Positions 27,832 through 37,831 of a DNA stretch of 64,000 nt are shown piece after piece; within the stretch, counting starts at the first letter, position 1, and each line of letters opens with the position of its first letter. Position numbers and translations under genes: made by a program. Origin of the DNA: an uncultured delta proteobacterium (GTDB lineage: Bacteria > Desulfobacterota > Desulfobaccia > Desulfobaccales > 0-14-0-80-60-11); contig CAWETI010000003.1 of the NCBI GenBank assembly GCA_963812015.1, forward strand, positions 512,001-576,000, read 5' to 3'. The notes beneath the pieces were generated by a model that made no database searches, had not been told where the DNA came from, and saw only the letters and a list, made by a program, of their open reading frames with translations.

Positions 27832-28242
27832 ATGGAGGAAACCACGGAAAATAAAAAACCCGAGAAAGTTGGTAATCGCCGGGTCCACATGGCTAATGAG
27901 AGGACATTCCTTGCCTGGATAAGGACAAGTATTGGCATAATGGCATTTGGTTTCGTGGTCGAGAAGTTTGCTTTGTTCATAAAAAAGTTGGATTTATTTT
28001 TTGCAAAACCGAATATTCAGGAAGCTGCTCCTGCTACATTCGGATATTCATCAATTTTTGGCATAGTCCTGGTGGCAATGGGCGCCTTGATGGGCGCGCT
28101 GGCATTTATTAGATTTAAAAAGGTCGAAAGAGAAATCGATGAAGATACGTACCAGACTTCGTTAATACTTGACATCCTGGTGGCAATGGGAATTCTGGCC
28201 ATCGGGATCTTTCTGATATTTTATATGATCCATAGTATTTAA
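27832..28242 (+). CDS. DUF202/YidH family inner-membrane protein
   Basis: HMANERTFLAWIRT motif, three TM segments. Confidence 0.9.
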   Translation: MEETTENKKPEKVGNRRVHMANERTFLAWIRTSIGIMAFGFVVEKFALFIKKLDLFFAKPNIQEAAPATFGYSSIFGIVLVAMGALMGALAFIRFKKVEREIDEDTYQTSLILDILVAMGILAIGIFLIFYMIHSI

Positions 28243-28262
28243 CCGCTTCGACCAAGTTAATT

Positions 28263-29201
28263 ATGCAACCGGCGATATCGGCACAGGGAATCGGCAAGGG
28301 TTTCCGCACGGGGGTCTGGGGCCCGGTCAAGCAGGTGCTGCGCCAGGTGGACCTGACGGTGGCCCCCGGGGCCATCTTTGGCGTGTTGGGGCCCAACGGC
28401 GCGGGCAAGACCACCCTCATTTCCATCCTGGCCACGCTGCTCCTGCCGGACACCGGCCAGGCGGAGGTTCTGGGCCTGGATGTGGTCCGGGAGGCGGCCC
28501 GCCTCAAGGAGCGCATCAACCTGGCGGCCAGCGGGGCCCATTTCCTCTGGTGCATGACGGTGGAGGACAGCCTCAGGTTCTATGGCCGCCTTTACGGCCT
28601 GGGAGGCCGGGCCTTGCATGCCAAGGTGGAAAAACTCCTGGACTTATTCGGGCTGGCGGAACACCGGCGGATCACCTTTGAACGCCTGTCCACCGGCATC
28701 AAGCAGCGTCTGAGTCTGGCCAAGGCCCTCATCAACGACCCGGAACTGCTCTTTCTGGACGAACCCACTTCGGGCCTGGATCAGGAGATGGCCCAGCATA
28801 TCCGGGAGGAGATCCTCAGGCTCAACCGGGAGATCGGGGTCACCATGCTCCTCACCACCCACAACTTGCGGGAAGCCGAGATGCTGTGCACCGAGGTGGC
28901 TTTCTTAAAAGAGGGGCAGTTGATCAGCGAAGGGCGCATCCCGGAGCTGCAAAAGCGTCTGGGATTGGGGGATCACCTGAGCCTGATCTTTCAGGACTCC
29001 CCGGCCCCGCTGGACTATGGCCGGCTGCCCGGGGTGCTGCACCACACGGTTCAGGACTGCCGGGTTGACCTGGTGCTGGACCGGATGGACGACCGGCTGC
29101 CGGTCATCCTGGAAGCCGTGTACGCCACGGAGAAGAAGCTGGCGAAGGTATTGGTCAAGCCCGTGGACCTGGAAGAAATCTACCGTGAAATTACCCACTA
29201 G
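28263..29201 (+). CDS. ABC-2 type transporter ATP-binding protein
   Basis: GPNGAGKT, LSTG signature, LFLDEPT, TTH. Confidence 0.92.
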   Translation: MQPAISAQGIGKGFRTGVWGPVKQVLRQVDLTVAPGAIFGVLGPNGAGKTTLISILATLLLPDTGQAEVLGLDVVREAARLKERINLAASGAHFLWCMTVEDSLRFYGRLYGLGGRALHAKVEKLLDLFGLAEHRRITFERLSTGIKQRLSLAKALINDPELLFLDEPTSGLDQEMAQHIREEILRLNREIGVTMLLTTHNLREAEMLCTEVAFLKEGQLISEGRIPELQKRLGLGDHLSLIFQDSPAPLDYGRLPGVLHHTVQDCRVDLVLDRMDDRLPVILEAVYATEKKLAKVLVKPVDLEEIYREITH

Positions 29202-29979
29202 TTTTTCCAAGATCTGGGCGTTTAGCGTTCGGAGCACCCTGGTGAACCGGCGCAACGTCTTCGCGGTATTCGAGATGCTGTTCTGGCCCCTCATCGGGGT
29301 CTTTTCCGTGGGTCTGCTCACCCGGTTCCTGAACCTTTCGGGGGAAACGGTGTCCTTTATCCTCATCGGGGCCGTGACCATGAACACCGTCCAGATCGCC
29401 CAGCTGGACCTGTCTTACGCCCTCCTCTATTCCGTCTGGTCCAAGAGCCTGAAACATGAATTTATCGCGCCGGTGCGCCTGTTCCATATCCTCATCGGCT
29501 CGGGGCTGGTGGGCCTGGTCCGGGGTTTCCTGGTCTTTGTGCTCATGGGCTGGCTGAGCGTCTATCTGTTCGCCATGGATCTGGGGCGGCCGGGCCTGGC
29601 GGGCCTGATCTGGTTCCTCCTGGGGATGTTTTTGAACGCCGCCATCATCGGGGCCCTGGTCCTGGCTTTGGTGCTGCGCTTCGGCCAGCGGGCCGAAGTG
29701 GCGGCCTGGGCTTTTTCCTACCTGATGCTGCTGTTGTGCGGCCTCTATTACCCCGTCAGCGTGTTGCCCCGGGAGGCCCAGTTCCTGGCGCAACTCATTC
29801 CCCTGACGTATTTTCTCGATTATTTCCGGCACTTCTATGGCTTTCCGGCGGCATCCCCGCACCCCTTGCTTTACGGGTTCTCCCAAAGCGTGATATATCT
29901 TATCGTCAGTTACGGCCTGGTCTCCCTGAGCTTGCGGTCCGCTTACCGGCGGGGCATTTTACTGCGGTTGTCGGATTAA
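29185..29979 (+). CDS. ABC-2 type transporter permease
   Basis: About six TM segments, GLYYPVSVLP, IPLTY; probable GTG start overlapping the ATPase stop. Confidence 0.85.
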   Translation: MKLPTSFSKIWAFSVRSTLVNRRNVFAVFEMLFWPLIGVFSVGLLTRFLNLSGETVSFILIGAVTMNTVQIAQLDLSYALLYSVWSKSLKHEFIAPVRLFHILIGSGLVGLVRGFLVFVLMGWLSVYLFAMDLGRPGLAGLIWFLLGMFLNAAIIGALVLALVLRFGQRAEVAAWAFSYLMLLLCGLYYPVSVLPREAQFLAQLIPLTYFLDYFRHFYGFPAASPHPLLYGFSQSVIYLIVSYGLVSLSLRSAYRRGILLRLSD

Positions 29980-29998
29980 TGCCGCACCAGGGCGGGGG

Positions 29999-30025
29999 CG
30001 GGGCGGGTTTGAAACCCGGGCCTAC
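29999..30025. repeat. Degenerate GTAG-type REP
   Basis: GGGGCGGGTTTGAAACCCGGGCCTAC. Confidence 0.5.
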
Positions 30026-30028
30026 AGC

Positions 30029-30226
30029 CTAGTATCGTGTCCCACAGATACCTTGCAAAATGTTGGCTTCAATAACTCCCCCTCCCCTGGTGGGAGGGGG
30101 TTGGGGGAGGGGGATAAGTTGCAGCAAAACCCAGCAATTTCACCCCCACCCCAACCCTCCCCCATCAAGGGGGAGGGAGAAAAAACCTTCAACATTTTGT
30201 AAGATAATCCTGGGATGGTACACGAG
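30029..30226. mobile_element. MITE-like element with imperfect 37-bp TIRs enclosing a CCCTCCCC..GGGAGGG palindrome doublet
   Basis: Left CTAGTATCGTGTCCCACAGATACCTTGCAAAATGTTG vs reverse complement of right end CTCGTGTACCATCCCAGGATTATCTTACAAAATGTTG. Confidence 0.55.
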
Positions 30227-30286
30227 CCCGGAGGCCCTGTCTTTTAACCGAAAACAGAAAACCGAAAACTGGAAGCGGTATTTGCT

Positions 30287-31087
30287 ATGATCGGCGTGTT
30301 TGATTCGGGATTCGGCGGGCTGGTGGTCTTGCGGGAGTTCTTGCAGGTCCTGCCGGCTTATGACTACCTGTACCTGGGGGATAACGCCCGGATACCCTAC
30401 GGCACCCGGTCCGACCGGGTGGTGAACCGGTTCACCGAGCAGGCGGTGGATTATCTTTTCCGCCAGGGCTGCCGCCTCATCGTCCTGGCCTGCCACACCG
30501 CCTCGGCCCGGGCCCTGCGGCGCATCCAGCAGGTCTTTCTGCCGGCCCGCTACCCCGAGCACCGGGTTCTGGGGGTGCTGATCCCCACGGTGGAAGAGGC
30601 CGTGGCCCGGACCAGCATGAAGCGCATCGGGGTCATTGCCACCGAAGGCACGGTGACCTCCCAGTCCTTCGAGTTGGAGCTGAAAAAACTGGACCCGGAA
30701 GTTTCGGTCGTCCAGCAAGCCTGTCCGCTCCTGGTGCCCATCATCGAGAGCGGGGAGCAGGACTGGGAAGGCACCACCCTGATCCTGCGCCGCTACCTGG
30801 CCCCCTTCGCCGGCCAGGTGGACACCCTGATCCTGGGCTGCACCCACTATTCCATCCTGAAGGACCAGATCAAGGCCATCCTGGGCCACGGCTGCGATCT
30901 GATCTGCTCCGGCCAGGTGACCGCGGCCAAGCTGGTGGATTATCTTTTGCGCCACTCCGAGATGGAGGCCCAGCTCAGCAGGGGCGGGACCCGCCGTTAC
31001 CTCACCACCGACCTGACGCCGCGCTTTGCCCAATTGGCCAGCCTGTTCATGGGCCAGGCGGTGGACTCGGAAGTGGTGGAGTTGTGA
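30287..31087 (+). CDS. murI: Glutamate racemase
   Basis: IGVFDSGFGG, PYG, LACHTAS, LILGCTHY. Confidence 0.95.
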   Translation: MIGVFDSGFGGLVVLREFLQVLPAYDYLYLGDNARIPYGTRSDRVVNRFTEQAVDYLFRQGCRLIVLACHTASARALRRIQQVFLPARYPEHRVLGVLIPTVEEAVARTSMKRIGVIATEGTVTSQSFELELKKLDPEVSVVQQACPLLVPIIESGEQDWEGTTLILRRYLAPFAGQVDTLILGCTHYSILKDQIKAILGHGCDLICSGQVTAAKLVDYLLRHSEMEAQLSRGGTRRYLTTDLTPRFAQLASLFMGQAVDSEVVEL

Positions 31088-31165
31088 AAAGCAGGGGTTA
31101 GGGGTCAGGGACCAGGGGTCAGGTGAGTAAAGGGGCCCCGGCGCACATCTTATGCTTCCGGCCGA

Positions 31166-32041
31166 TTATCCGGCGTAAATCCCTAAAGCAAACCACTTGG
31201 GGTCCGCCAGGACCACCGAGGTTTCCACCTGGCGGGGGGAGATAGTCCAGTAGGTCTGGAGCAGACGATCTTTTTCTTCCTGGGTGACCAGCCGGAAGCC
31301 GTGTTTTTCGTAGAAGCGGATGGCCCACCAGGCCGCGGCCCAGGTCCCCACCAGGACGGGGCCCGGGACCTGTTCCAGGATATCGCTTAACAGGCGCGCG
31401 CCGACGCCCCGGCGTTGGGCCTCAGGGTCCACGTAGGCATGGCGTATGAGGGTCACCCGCACCAGGTTCTGACGCCCCATCACCCCCAGGAGCCGGCCCT
31501 CGTCCTCGTAGCCCGAAAAGTTGACCCCCGCGGCGATCTCGGCCCGCAACTCCTCTTCGGGCATATAAGGCTCGTGCCAGCAATCCGACGGAATCACTTC
31601 TTTATAGGCCAGGGCGGCCTGATTGATGATCGCCAGGGCGCGATCAATTTCCTCGTGTTTGAGTGGCCGAATCCGGGGATAGGCCACCTGCTCCGGTTCA
31701 GGCGCCGGGGGCTCCTCGGCCTGGGGAACCGGCTCCGGCGGCTGGGGCGGCGGCGGGTAATGATCTTCCTTGAGACGGTGGCCGCATTTGGGGCAGAAGG
31801 CAAAATTCAGGGTCACGGGTTGCTGGCAGTGGGGGCAGGGGGCACCCGGGGCCGGCGGCAGGGTCGACTCCGGGGGGGGCTGGAAAGAGTCTTGATACTG
31901 CCGGGTCACCTCCGAGGTGGCCTGGCGCATCTTGGCCACGAACCTTCCCAAGGTCGCGGCGTATTCCGGCAGCTTTTCAGGGCCGAAGAGGATAAACGCC
32001 AGGACGGCGAGGATGAACAGCGTCTCGAGGTCGATCCCCAT
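31166..32041 (-). CDS. TatB-like subunit fused to zinc ribbon and GNAT acetyltransferase
   Basis: TM + LFGPEKLPE; CPHC...CPKCG; Pro-rich linker; GNAT motifs YVDPEAQRRGVG and AIRFYEKHGF. Confidence 0.8.
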   Translation of the reverse strand: MGIDLETLFILAVLAFILFGPEKLPEYAATLGRFVAKMRQATSEVTRQYQDSFQPPPESTLPPAPGAPCPHCQQPVTLNFAFCPKCGHRLKEDHYPPPPQPPEPVPQAEEPPAPEPEQVAYPRIRPLKHEEIDRALAIINQAALAYKEVIPSDCWHEPYMPEEELRAEIAAGVNFSGYEDEGRLLGVMGRQNLVRVTLIRHAYVDPEAQRRGVGARLLSDILEQVPGPVLVGTWAAAWWAIRFYEKHGFRLVTQEEKDRLLQTYWTISPRQVETSVVLADPKWFALGIYAG

Positions 32042-32056
32042 TCCGAAACCTGTTGG

Positions 32057-32335
32057 TTACGCCTTGTTCGTCTTGCCGCCGCAATGCGGGCAGAAGGCGA
32101 AGTCCCCACTTACCTGCTTCTGGCAATGGGGGCAGGTGACGGATTGGGGCGCCGCGGTGGCGCTGGGCGGAATCTCGGCTCGGGGCGAGACGCTATCCGG
32201 GTCCTCGTGAGCCTTTTTGAAGCTCCGGATGGCCTTACCGATACTGTCGCCCAGCTCCGGCAGACGCCGGGGACCGAAGAGCAGCAGGGCGATGGCCAGG
32301 ATGATGACCAACGTGGTGATATTATAACCAAACAT
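32057..32335 (-). CDS. tatA: TatA/E family subunit with C-terminal zinc ribbon
   Basis: LLLFGPRRLPELGDSIGKAIRSFKKA; CPHC...CPHCG tail. Confidence 0.85.
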   Translation of the reverse strand: MFGYNITTLVIILAIALLLFGPRRLPELGDSIGKAIRSFKKAHEDPDSVSPRAEIPPSATAAPQSVTCPHCQKQVSGDFAFCPHCGGKTNKA

Positions 32336-32419
32336 GTGGCCCCTCTGGTTGCTAAGGATTTAATATTAATATAAGAAAAAAATCAGCGCATCGCAAGTAA
32401 AGAAAGCGCGGTCCCCGTT

Positions 32420-33766
32420 ATGAATAAAACCACTTCCCTCTTCAGTCCCCCGCCGCCTCTGGCGGCCCGGATACGGCCCCGGACCCTCAATGAGTTTGTG
32501 GGCCAGGCGCACCTGGTGGGCCCCGGGCGCCTGTTGTGGCGATCCCTCAAGGCCGGCCGGCTTTTTGCCTCCATGATCTTCTGGGGTCCCCCGGGTTCCG
32601 GCAAAACCACCCTGGCCCGGGTCATGGCCTCGGCCCTGCACTGCCACTTTGTCAGCTTGAGCGCGGTGATGTCCGGGGTGGCCGACCTAAGAAGGGTGGT
32701 GGAGGAGGCTCGGAGCCACCGGAACCAGGGGCGCCGCACCGTGGTCCTCATCGACGAGATCCACCGGTTCAACAAGGCCCAGCAGGACGCCCTGCTGCCC
32801 CATGTGGAGGAGGGGCTGATCACCCTGGTGGGGGCCACCACCGAAAACCCCTACTTCGAGATCATCGGGCCGCTGCTGTCCCGGGCCAAGATCTTTATCT
32901 TTGAGCCCCTGACGGCGGCGGACATCCGCACCATCCTGGAGCGGGCCCTGCTGGATACGGAACGGGGTTTGGGGAGCATCAAGGCCGAGGTTTCGCAGGA
33001 GGCCCTGGACTACCTGGCGGCCATGGCCGGGGGGGACGCCCGCCGGGCCCTGAACGCCCTGGAGTTGGCGGTTATGAGCACCGATCCTGGGGCGGGGGGC
33101 GTCATCCGGGTGGATCTCGCCGGGTCCCAAGAGTGCATGCCCCGGCGGGATCTCATGTACGACCGGGCGGGGGACGCTCACTATGACACCCTGAGCGCCT
33201 TCATCAAGAGCGTCAGGGGGTCGGACGCGGACGCGGCGCTCTACTGGCTGGCCCGGATGCTGGCGGCCGGGGAAGACCCCCGTCTCATCATGCGCCGGCT
33301 GCTCATCCTGGCGTCGGAAGACATCGGTCTGGCCGACCCCCAGGCCCTGGTGCAGGCGGCGGCGGCCTCCCAGGCCTTGGAATGGGTGGGCTTGCCGGAA
33401 GGCCAATACCACCTGGCCCAGGCCACGATCTACCTGTGTCTGGCTCCCAAGAGCAACTCCACCCAGGCCTATTTCCGGGCGAAGGCGGCCCTGGAGGCGA
33501 AGGGCGCGACCCGGGTGCCGGCGCCTTTACAAGACGCCCACCGGGACAAAAAGGGCCTGGGGCACGGCCAGGGGTACCTCTATCCCCACGATTTTCCCGG
33601 TCACTGGGTGGACCAGACGTATCTGCCGGCCGAGCTGAGGGGCGCGAGCTTCTATGAACCGGGGACGGAAGGGGAGGAGCCGGACCTATCGGCCCGCTGG
33701 CGGGCCCTGAAAAATCCGGATAAAAAGTCGGGTGGTCCCGGGGACGCATCCGGCGAGGACCGGTAA
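32420..33766 (+). CDS. rarA: Replication-associated recombination protein A (MgsA)
   Basis: PLAARIRP, WGPPGSGKT, DEIHRFNKAQQD, GATTENP, SEDIGLADP, YLYPHD. Confidence 0.95.
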   Translation: MNKTTSLFSPPPPLAARIRPRTLNEFVGQAHLVGPGRLLWRSLKAGRLFASMIFWGPPGSGKTTLARVMASALHCHFVSLSAVMSGVADLRRVVEEARSHRNQGRRTVVLIDEIHRFNKAQQDALLPHVEEGLITLVGATTENPYFEIIGPLLSRAKIFIFEPLTAADIRTILERALLDTERGLGSIKAEVSQEALDYLAAMAGGDARRALNALELAVMSTDPGAGGVIRVDLAGSQECMPRRDLMYDRAGDAHYDTLSAFIKSVRGSDADAALYWLARMLAAGEDPRLIMRRLLILASEDIGLADPQALVQAAAASQALEWVGLPEGQYHLAQATIYLCLAPKSNSTQAYFRAKAALEAKGATRVPAPLQDAHRDKKGLGHGQGYLYPHDFPGHWVDQTYLPAELRGASFYEPGTEGEEPDLSARWRALKNPDKKSGGPGDASGEDR

Positions 33767-33887
33767 CTCTCATCCAGGTTGGCGGTCCGTCAGAGGCCGT
33801 ATGGCTGAGGGAGGATATTGAGCAAAAACCTCAGGCGCTCCGGCTTAAAAAACTCAAAAAATTATGGCAGCCGAACCGGCTTGAAAT

Positions 33888-33916
33888 TGGACTTCGGCGC
33901 GGGGAATGATTATAAT
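33888..33916 (+). promoter_or_regulatory. Putative sigma70 promoter for the receiver/MTH1187/dnaJ genes
   Basis: TGGACT-17nt-TATAAT. Confidence 0.45.
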
Positions 33917-33972
33917 ATTGCCAGCGGGGTTTTGTGGGGGAGCACCGCTTTGCCCAAGGGGGTGCAGGCACC

Positions 33973-34323
33973 ATGGTGCGAATCTTGTTTGCCGACAGCG
34001 AACCCCACATCCGGCAGTTGTGTCTGGAGGAATTGCAGGATGAGGGCTACGAAGTCCAGGTGACCGGTAGAGCCGCGGAAGTGGTGCGCCTGGCGGAGTC
34101 CTTCAAACCCGATATGGTCATCCTGGAGGTGCTCCTGCCGGATATGTCCGGGTTGGAAGCCGGACGCCTGATCAAGGGCACCAACCGTAAGACCCGGGTG
34201 GTTCTCTATTCCTATAGCACCCCTCCCCCCGATATTTCCAGTTGGGGCGCCGATGATTATGTGGTAAAATCCCCTAATCTGGATGCCCTCAAAGCCACGG
34301 TGCGCCGATTACTGCCCGCCTAA
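33973..34323 (+). CDS. Single-domain atypical response regulator receiver
   Basis: CheY fold (ILFADSE, PDMVILEVLLPDMSG, GADDYVVK); phospho-acceptor Asp replaced by Glu. Confidence 0.8.
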   Translation: MVRILFADSEPHIRQLCLEELQDEGYEVQVTGRAAEVVRLAESFKPDMVILEVLLPDMSGLEAGRLIKGTNRKTRVVLYSYSTPPPDISSWGADDYVVKSPNLDALKATVRRLLPA

Positions 34324-34356
34324 AGGGCGGAGGCGCCGACACCTCCAGAGGTAAGC

Positions 34357-34656
34357 ATGGCGATCATGGAAATCAGCGTGGTCCCTCTGGGACTGGGAGA
34401 CACCAGTGTGGGCGATTTTGTCGCCGCAGTGATCAGGTATCTCCAACAAGAGGGTATCCCCTATGAACTCACGGACATGGGCACCCTGATCCACGGCCAC
34501 GCCGCCAGATTGCTGAAGGTGGCCCAGGTCCTACATGAACTCCCCTTTGACCAGGGAGTCGAGCGGGTGGTCACCCATATCACCATCGACGATCGCCGGG
34601 ACAAAGAAGTGCATTTGGGGGATAAAATAAAATCGGTAAAGGTGCGACTCAAGTAA
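34357..34656 (+). CDS. MTH1187/YkoF family thiamine-binding protein
   Basis: MEISVVPLG, YELTDMGT, IDDRRDK. Confidence 0.88.
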   Translation: MAIMEISVVPLGLGDTSVGDFVAAVIRYLQQEGIPYELTDMGTLIHGHAARLLKVAQVLHELPFDQGVERVVTHITIDDRRDKEVHLGDKIKSVKVRLK

Positions 34657-34662
34657 AAGGAT

Positions 34663-35838
34663 ATGGCAAACCAGAAAAAGGATTATTATCAGGTCCTGGG
34701 AGTTTCCCGGGGCGCCGGTGTCGACGAGGTCAAGAAAAAATACCGTCAGGTAGCCCTCAAATACCATCCGGACCGCAATCCCGGCAATAAGAACGCCGAA
34801 GAGAAGTTCAAGGAGGCCGCCGAGGCTTACGAGGTTCTCCATGACCCGGAAAAGCGGCGTCTCTATGACCTCTATGGGCATGAGGGCCTGTCTTCCAGCG
34901 GGTTCACCGGGTTCCAGGATTTCTCCGACATTTTCCGCTCCTTCAGCGACATCTTCGGAGACGTGTTCGGCTTCGGGGGCTTCGGAGGCGGGTTCGGGGG
35001 GGCTGCCGGGCCCCGGCCCCAGCAGGGCAATGATCTGCGGTACGATCTGACCTTGGATTTTTTGGACGCGGCCCTGGGAACCGAGGTGACCGTGGAGGTG
35101 CCCCGGGTGGTGACCTGCCGCACCTGCAGCGGCAGCGGCGCCAAGCCCGGGACCCGGCGGGTCCCCTGCCCCCAGTGCGGCGGCCGGGGGGTGGTGTCCC
35201 GCAGCCACGGCATCTTTCAGATCACCACTACCTGTCCTCGCTGCCAGGGGATGAAGGAGTTTGTGGCCGAAGCCTGCCCCGACTGCAACGGGGAAGGCCG
35301 CCTCCGGGAAAAGAAGAAACTCAAGGTGAAAATCCCCCCCGGCATGGACAGCGGCACCCACTTGGTCATGTCCGGGGAAGGCAACGGCGGCGAGCACGGC
35401 GGGCCGCCGGGAGATTTATACATCGTCATGCATGTCCGGCCCCACGATTTTTTCCAGCGCGAGGGCAACGATCTCCATCTGAAGGTGCCGATTTCCTTCG
35501 TCCAGGCGGCCCTGGGGATTCGCCTGACCATCCCTACCCTGCAAAGCAGTCACGATCTGGTGATCCCGCCGGGAACCCAACCCGGAGAGGTGATCCGGTT
35601 GAAGGGTGAAGGGGTGCCGTATCCCAAGGGCCAGCGCCGGGGCGACCTGCTGGTGGAAGTCAAGGTCGTCATTCCCCGGGAGCTGAATGCCCGGCAGCAG
35701 CATCTGCTGGAGGAACTGGCCAAGGAAGAACCCGAGGCCTACGTCCGGCCGGAGGGGACCGGGGACCACGAAGAAGGGTTGCTGAAAAAGCTGTGGCACT
35801 CCTTCACCGACCGCAAACAGGAACAACAGAAAAAATAA
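34663..35838 (+). CDS. dnaJ: Class A DnaJ chaperone
   Basis: J domain with HPD, G/F region, four CxxCxG repeats, C-terminal domain. Confidence 0.93.
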   Translation: MANQKKDYYQVLGVSRGAGVDEVKKKYRQVALKYHPDRNPGNKNAEEKFKEAAEAYEVLHDPEKRRLYDLYGHEGLSSSGFTGFQDFSDIFRSFSDIFGDVFGFGGFGGGFGGAAGPRPQQGNDLRYDLTLDFLDAALGTEVTVEVPRVVTCRTCSGSGAKPGTRRVPCPQCGGRGVVSRSHGIFQITTTCPRCQGMKEFVAEACPDCNGEGRLREKKKLKVKIPPGMDSGTHLVMSGEGNGGEHGGPPGDLYIVMHVRPHDFFQREGNDLHLKVPISFVQAALGIRLTIPTLQSSHDLVIPPGTQPGEVIRLKGEGVPYPKGQRRGDLLVEVKVVIPRELNARQQHLLEELAKEEPEAYVRPEGTGDHEEGLLKKLWHSFTDRKQEQQKK

Positions 35839-36047
35839 GGTTTGGGCGTCGCCGCGGCGGGCGACGCCCTTTTTCCTCACTCCTCCCACTTTAGGGAATT
35901 CCTAATTCTGCCTTCCCAAATTCCTAATCTTTTTCCCTGCCTAAATGGTTCGGCAAGATAGGTTATGGAAAGGGAAATTTAGGGAAATTTCTCGTCAGGT
36001 CCAAGAGAGCGGGGAATCGCGCCCCTGTCGGCGCCCGATTATTTATA

Positions 36048-36082
36048 TTGACATGGGGGGCTACTTGAGTAAATATTCACAA
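36048..36082 (+). promoter_or_regulatory. Putative korA promoter with Rex/HcpR-like box
   Basis: TTGACA at 36048; TTGAGTA-AATA-TTCACAA at 36065-36082 over the -10 region. Confidence 0.45.
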
Positions 36083-36114
36083 TTAGCCCGGTCTCACCCG
36101 GGAAAGGCGAAGCT

Positions 36115-37821
36115 ATGGCCATTGATCTGAACATCGTGATCGGCGGGGCCGCGGGCCAGGGGGTCCATACCATTACCGGTCTTCTGGCCAGGATCATGGT
36201 GCGCCAGGGGTGCCGGGTTCTGTACGTCCAGGATTACCAGTCCCGCATCCGGGGCGGCCATCTCTTCAACCGCATGCGTGTTTCGGATCAACCTTTGGTA
36301 TCCTCCCGGGAAGGTATCGACCTTTTGGTGGCCCTGAACCAGGAAACTGTTGCCCTCCACCGGGCCGAGCTGTCGCCGGGGGGCATGATCATTTACGACG
36401 CCGCCCATGTGGGGGACTTGCCGCCGGGGGTGCAGACTCTGGCCCTCAAGGCTGGCGACCTGTTGTCGGAGGCCAAGGCCGGGGAGGTGGCCATCAACGC
36501 CGGGGCCTCCGGGGCTATTCTGGGTCTCCTCAAGCTGCCCCTGGAGCCCCTCATGGTCCTTTTGCTGGAGGCCTTTCAGGATAAAGGCCGGGAGGTGGTG
36601 GGGTGGAACCATCGGGCCGCCGCCCAGGGCCACCGGCAGGGGGCGGCGGTGAGCAACCACCATTCCCTGGCCGGGATCACGGCCCCGCCCCAGCCCCGAG
36701 TCCTGATCAGCGGCCATGAAGCCATCGCCCTGGGGGCCCTGGCGGCAGGCCTGCAATTTATCAGCGGTTATCCCATGACTCCCTGGAGCAGCGTCTTGAA
36801 CGCGGTGGGCCAGCGGGCCGAAACCTGGGGGGTGGTGGTGGAGCAGGCGGAAGACGAGATCGCCGCCATCAACATGGCCATCGGGGCCTCGTACGCCGGG
36901 GTCCGAGCCATGACCGGCTCCTCCGGGGGCGGCTTTGCCCTGATGGTGGAGGCTTTGGGCCTGGCGGCCTGCTCCGAAACCCCCCTGGTGATCCTGGAGT
37001 CCCAGCGCCCCGGTCCCAGCACCGGCCTGCCCACCCGCACCGAACAGGGGGACCTCGGTTTCCTGCTGCACGCCGGGCAGGGAGACTTTCCCCGGGCGCT
37101 TTTGGCCCCGGGCACTCCGGCCCAGGGATTCGCCTCGATGGCCAGGGCGTTTAACCTGGCGGACCGCTACCAACTGCCGGTGATCGTCATCACGGATCAA
37201 TATTTCGGGGATACCTTTGTCACCCATGAACCGGGGGACTTTCCCGGGGAAGTCAAGATCGACCGGGCCCTGGCCACCGGCCCGGTTGAAGGCGTCTACG
37301 ATCGCTATGCCCTGACCGCCGACGGCATCTCACCCCGGCGCCGCCCCGGCTTCGGCCCGGTGGTGGTGGCCGATTCCGATGAACACACCCCGGACGGCCA
37401 CCTCACCGAGGACCTAACCATGCGGGTCAAGATGCAGGACAAGCGCCAGCGCAAGCTGAGGGGCTTGGCCCAGGAGCTTGGCGGCATCACCACCAGTGGC
37501 CCGGACGAGGCCCCCCTGACCCTGGCCTGCTGGGGCTCCAGCCTGGGGCCGGTCCAAGAAGCGGTGGCCCGCCTCAACGCCGAGCAGACCCCGGCCCGCC
37601 TGGTGCATTTCAGCGAACTGTGGCCGTTTCCGGCCGGGGCGGTGGCCGGGTCCCTGGGGCGTCCCCAGAAGCTGGTGATGGTGGAGATGAACGCCACCGG
37701 CCAGTTCAACCGGCTGCTGCGCCAGGAGACGGGGATCAGGGCCGATCACCTGGTGCTCAAGTATGACGGGGCTCCCCTGACCCCGGAGTATATCCTCCGG
37801 GCGCTGTCCGGGCAGGTCTGA
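36115..37821 (+). CDS. korA: 2-oxoacid:ferredoxin oxidoreductase alpha subunit
   Basis: IGGAAGQG, SRIRGGH, GYPMTP, QAEDEIAA, QRPGPSTGLPTRTEQGDL. Confidence 0.9.
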   Translation: MAIDLNIVIGGAAGQGVHTITGLLARIMVRQGCRVLYVQDYQSRIRGGHLFNRMRVSDQPLVSSREGIDLLVALNQETVALHRAELSPGGMIIYDAAHVGDLPPGVQTLALKAGDLLSEAKAGEVAINAGASGAILGLLKLPLEPLMVLLLEAFQDKGREVVGWNHRAAAQGHRQGAAVSNHHSLAGITAPPQPRVLISGHEAIALGALAAGLQFISGYPMTPWSSVLNAVGQRAETWGVVVEQAEDEIAAINMAIGASYAGVRAMTGSSGGGFALMVEALGLAACSETPLVILESQRPGPSTGLPTRTEQGDLGFLLHAGQGDFPRALLAPGTPAQGFASMARAFNLADRYQLPVIVITDQYFGDTFVTHEPGDFPGEVKIDRALATGPVEGVYDRYALTADGISPRRRPGFGPVVVADSDEHTPDGHLTEDLTMRVKMQDKRQRKLRGLAQELGGITTSGPDEAPLTLACWGSSLGPVQEAVARLNAEQTPARLVHFSELWPFPAGAVAGSLGRPQKLVMVEMNATGQFNRLLRQETGIRADHLVLKYDGAPLTPEYILRALSGQV

Positions 37822-37831
37822 GGAGATCGCC

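Noticed and set aside
35891..35905. TTAGGGAATTCCTAA palindrome after dnaJ, with TTAGGGAA also at 26631 and 35979, as CIRCE or an operator
   Set aside because: Does not match CIRCE (TTAGCACTC-N9-GAGTGCTAA) and is too short to assign
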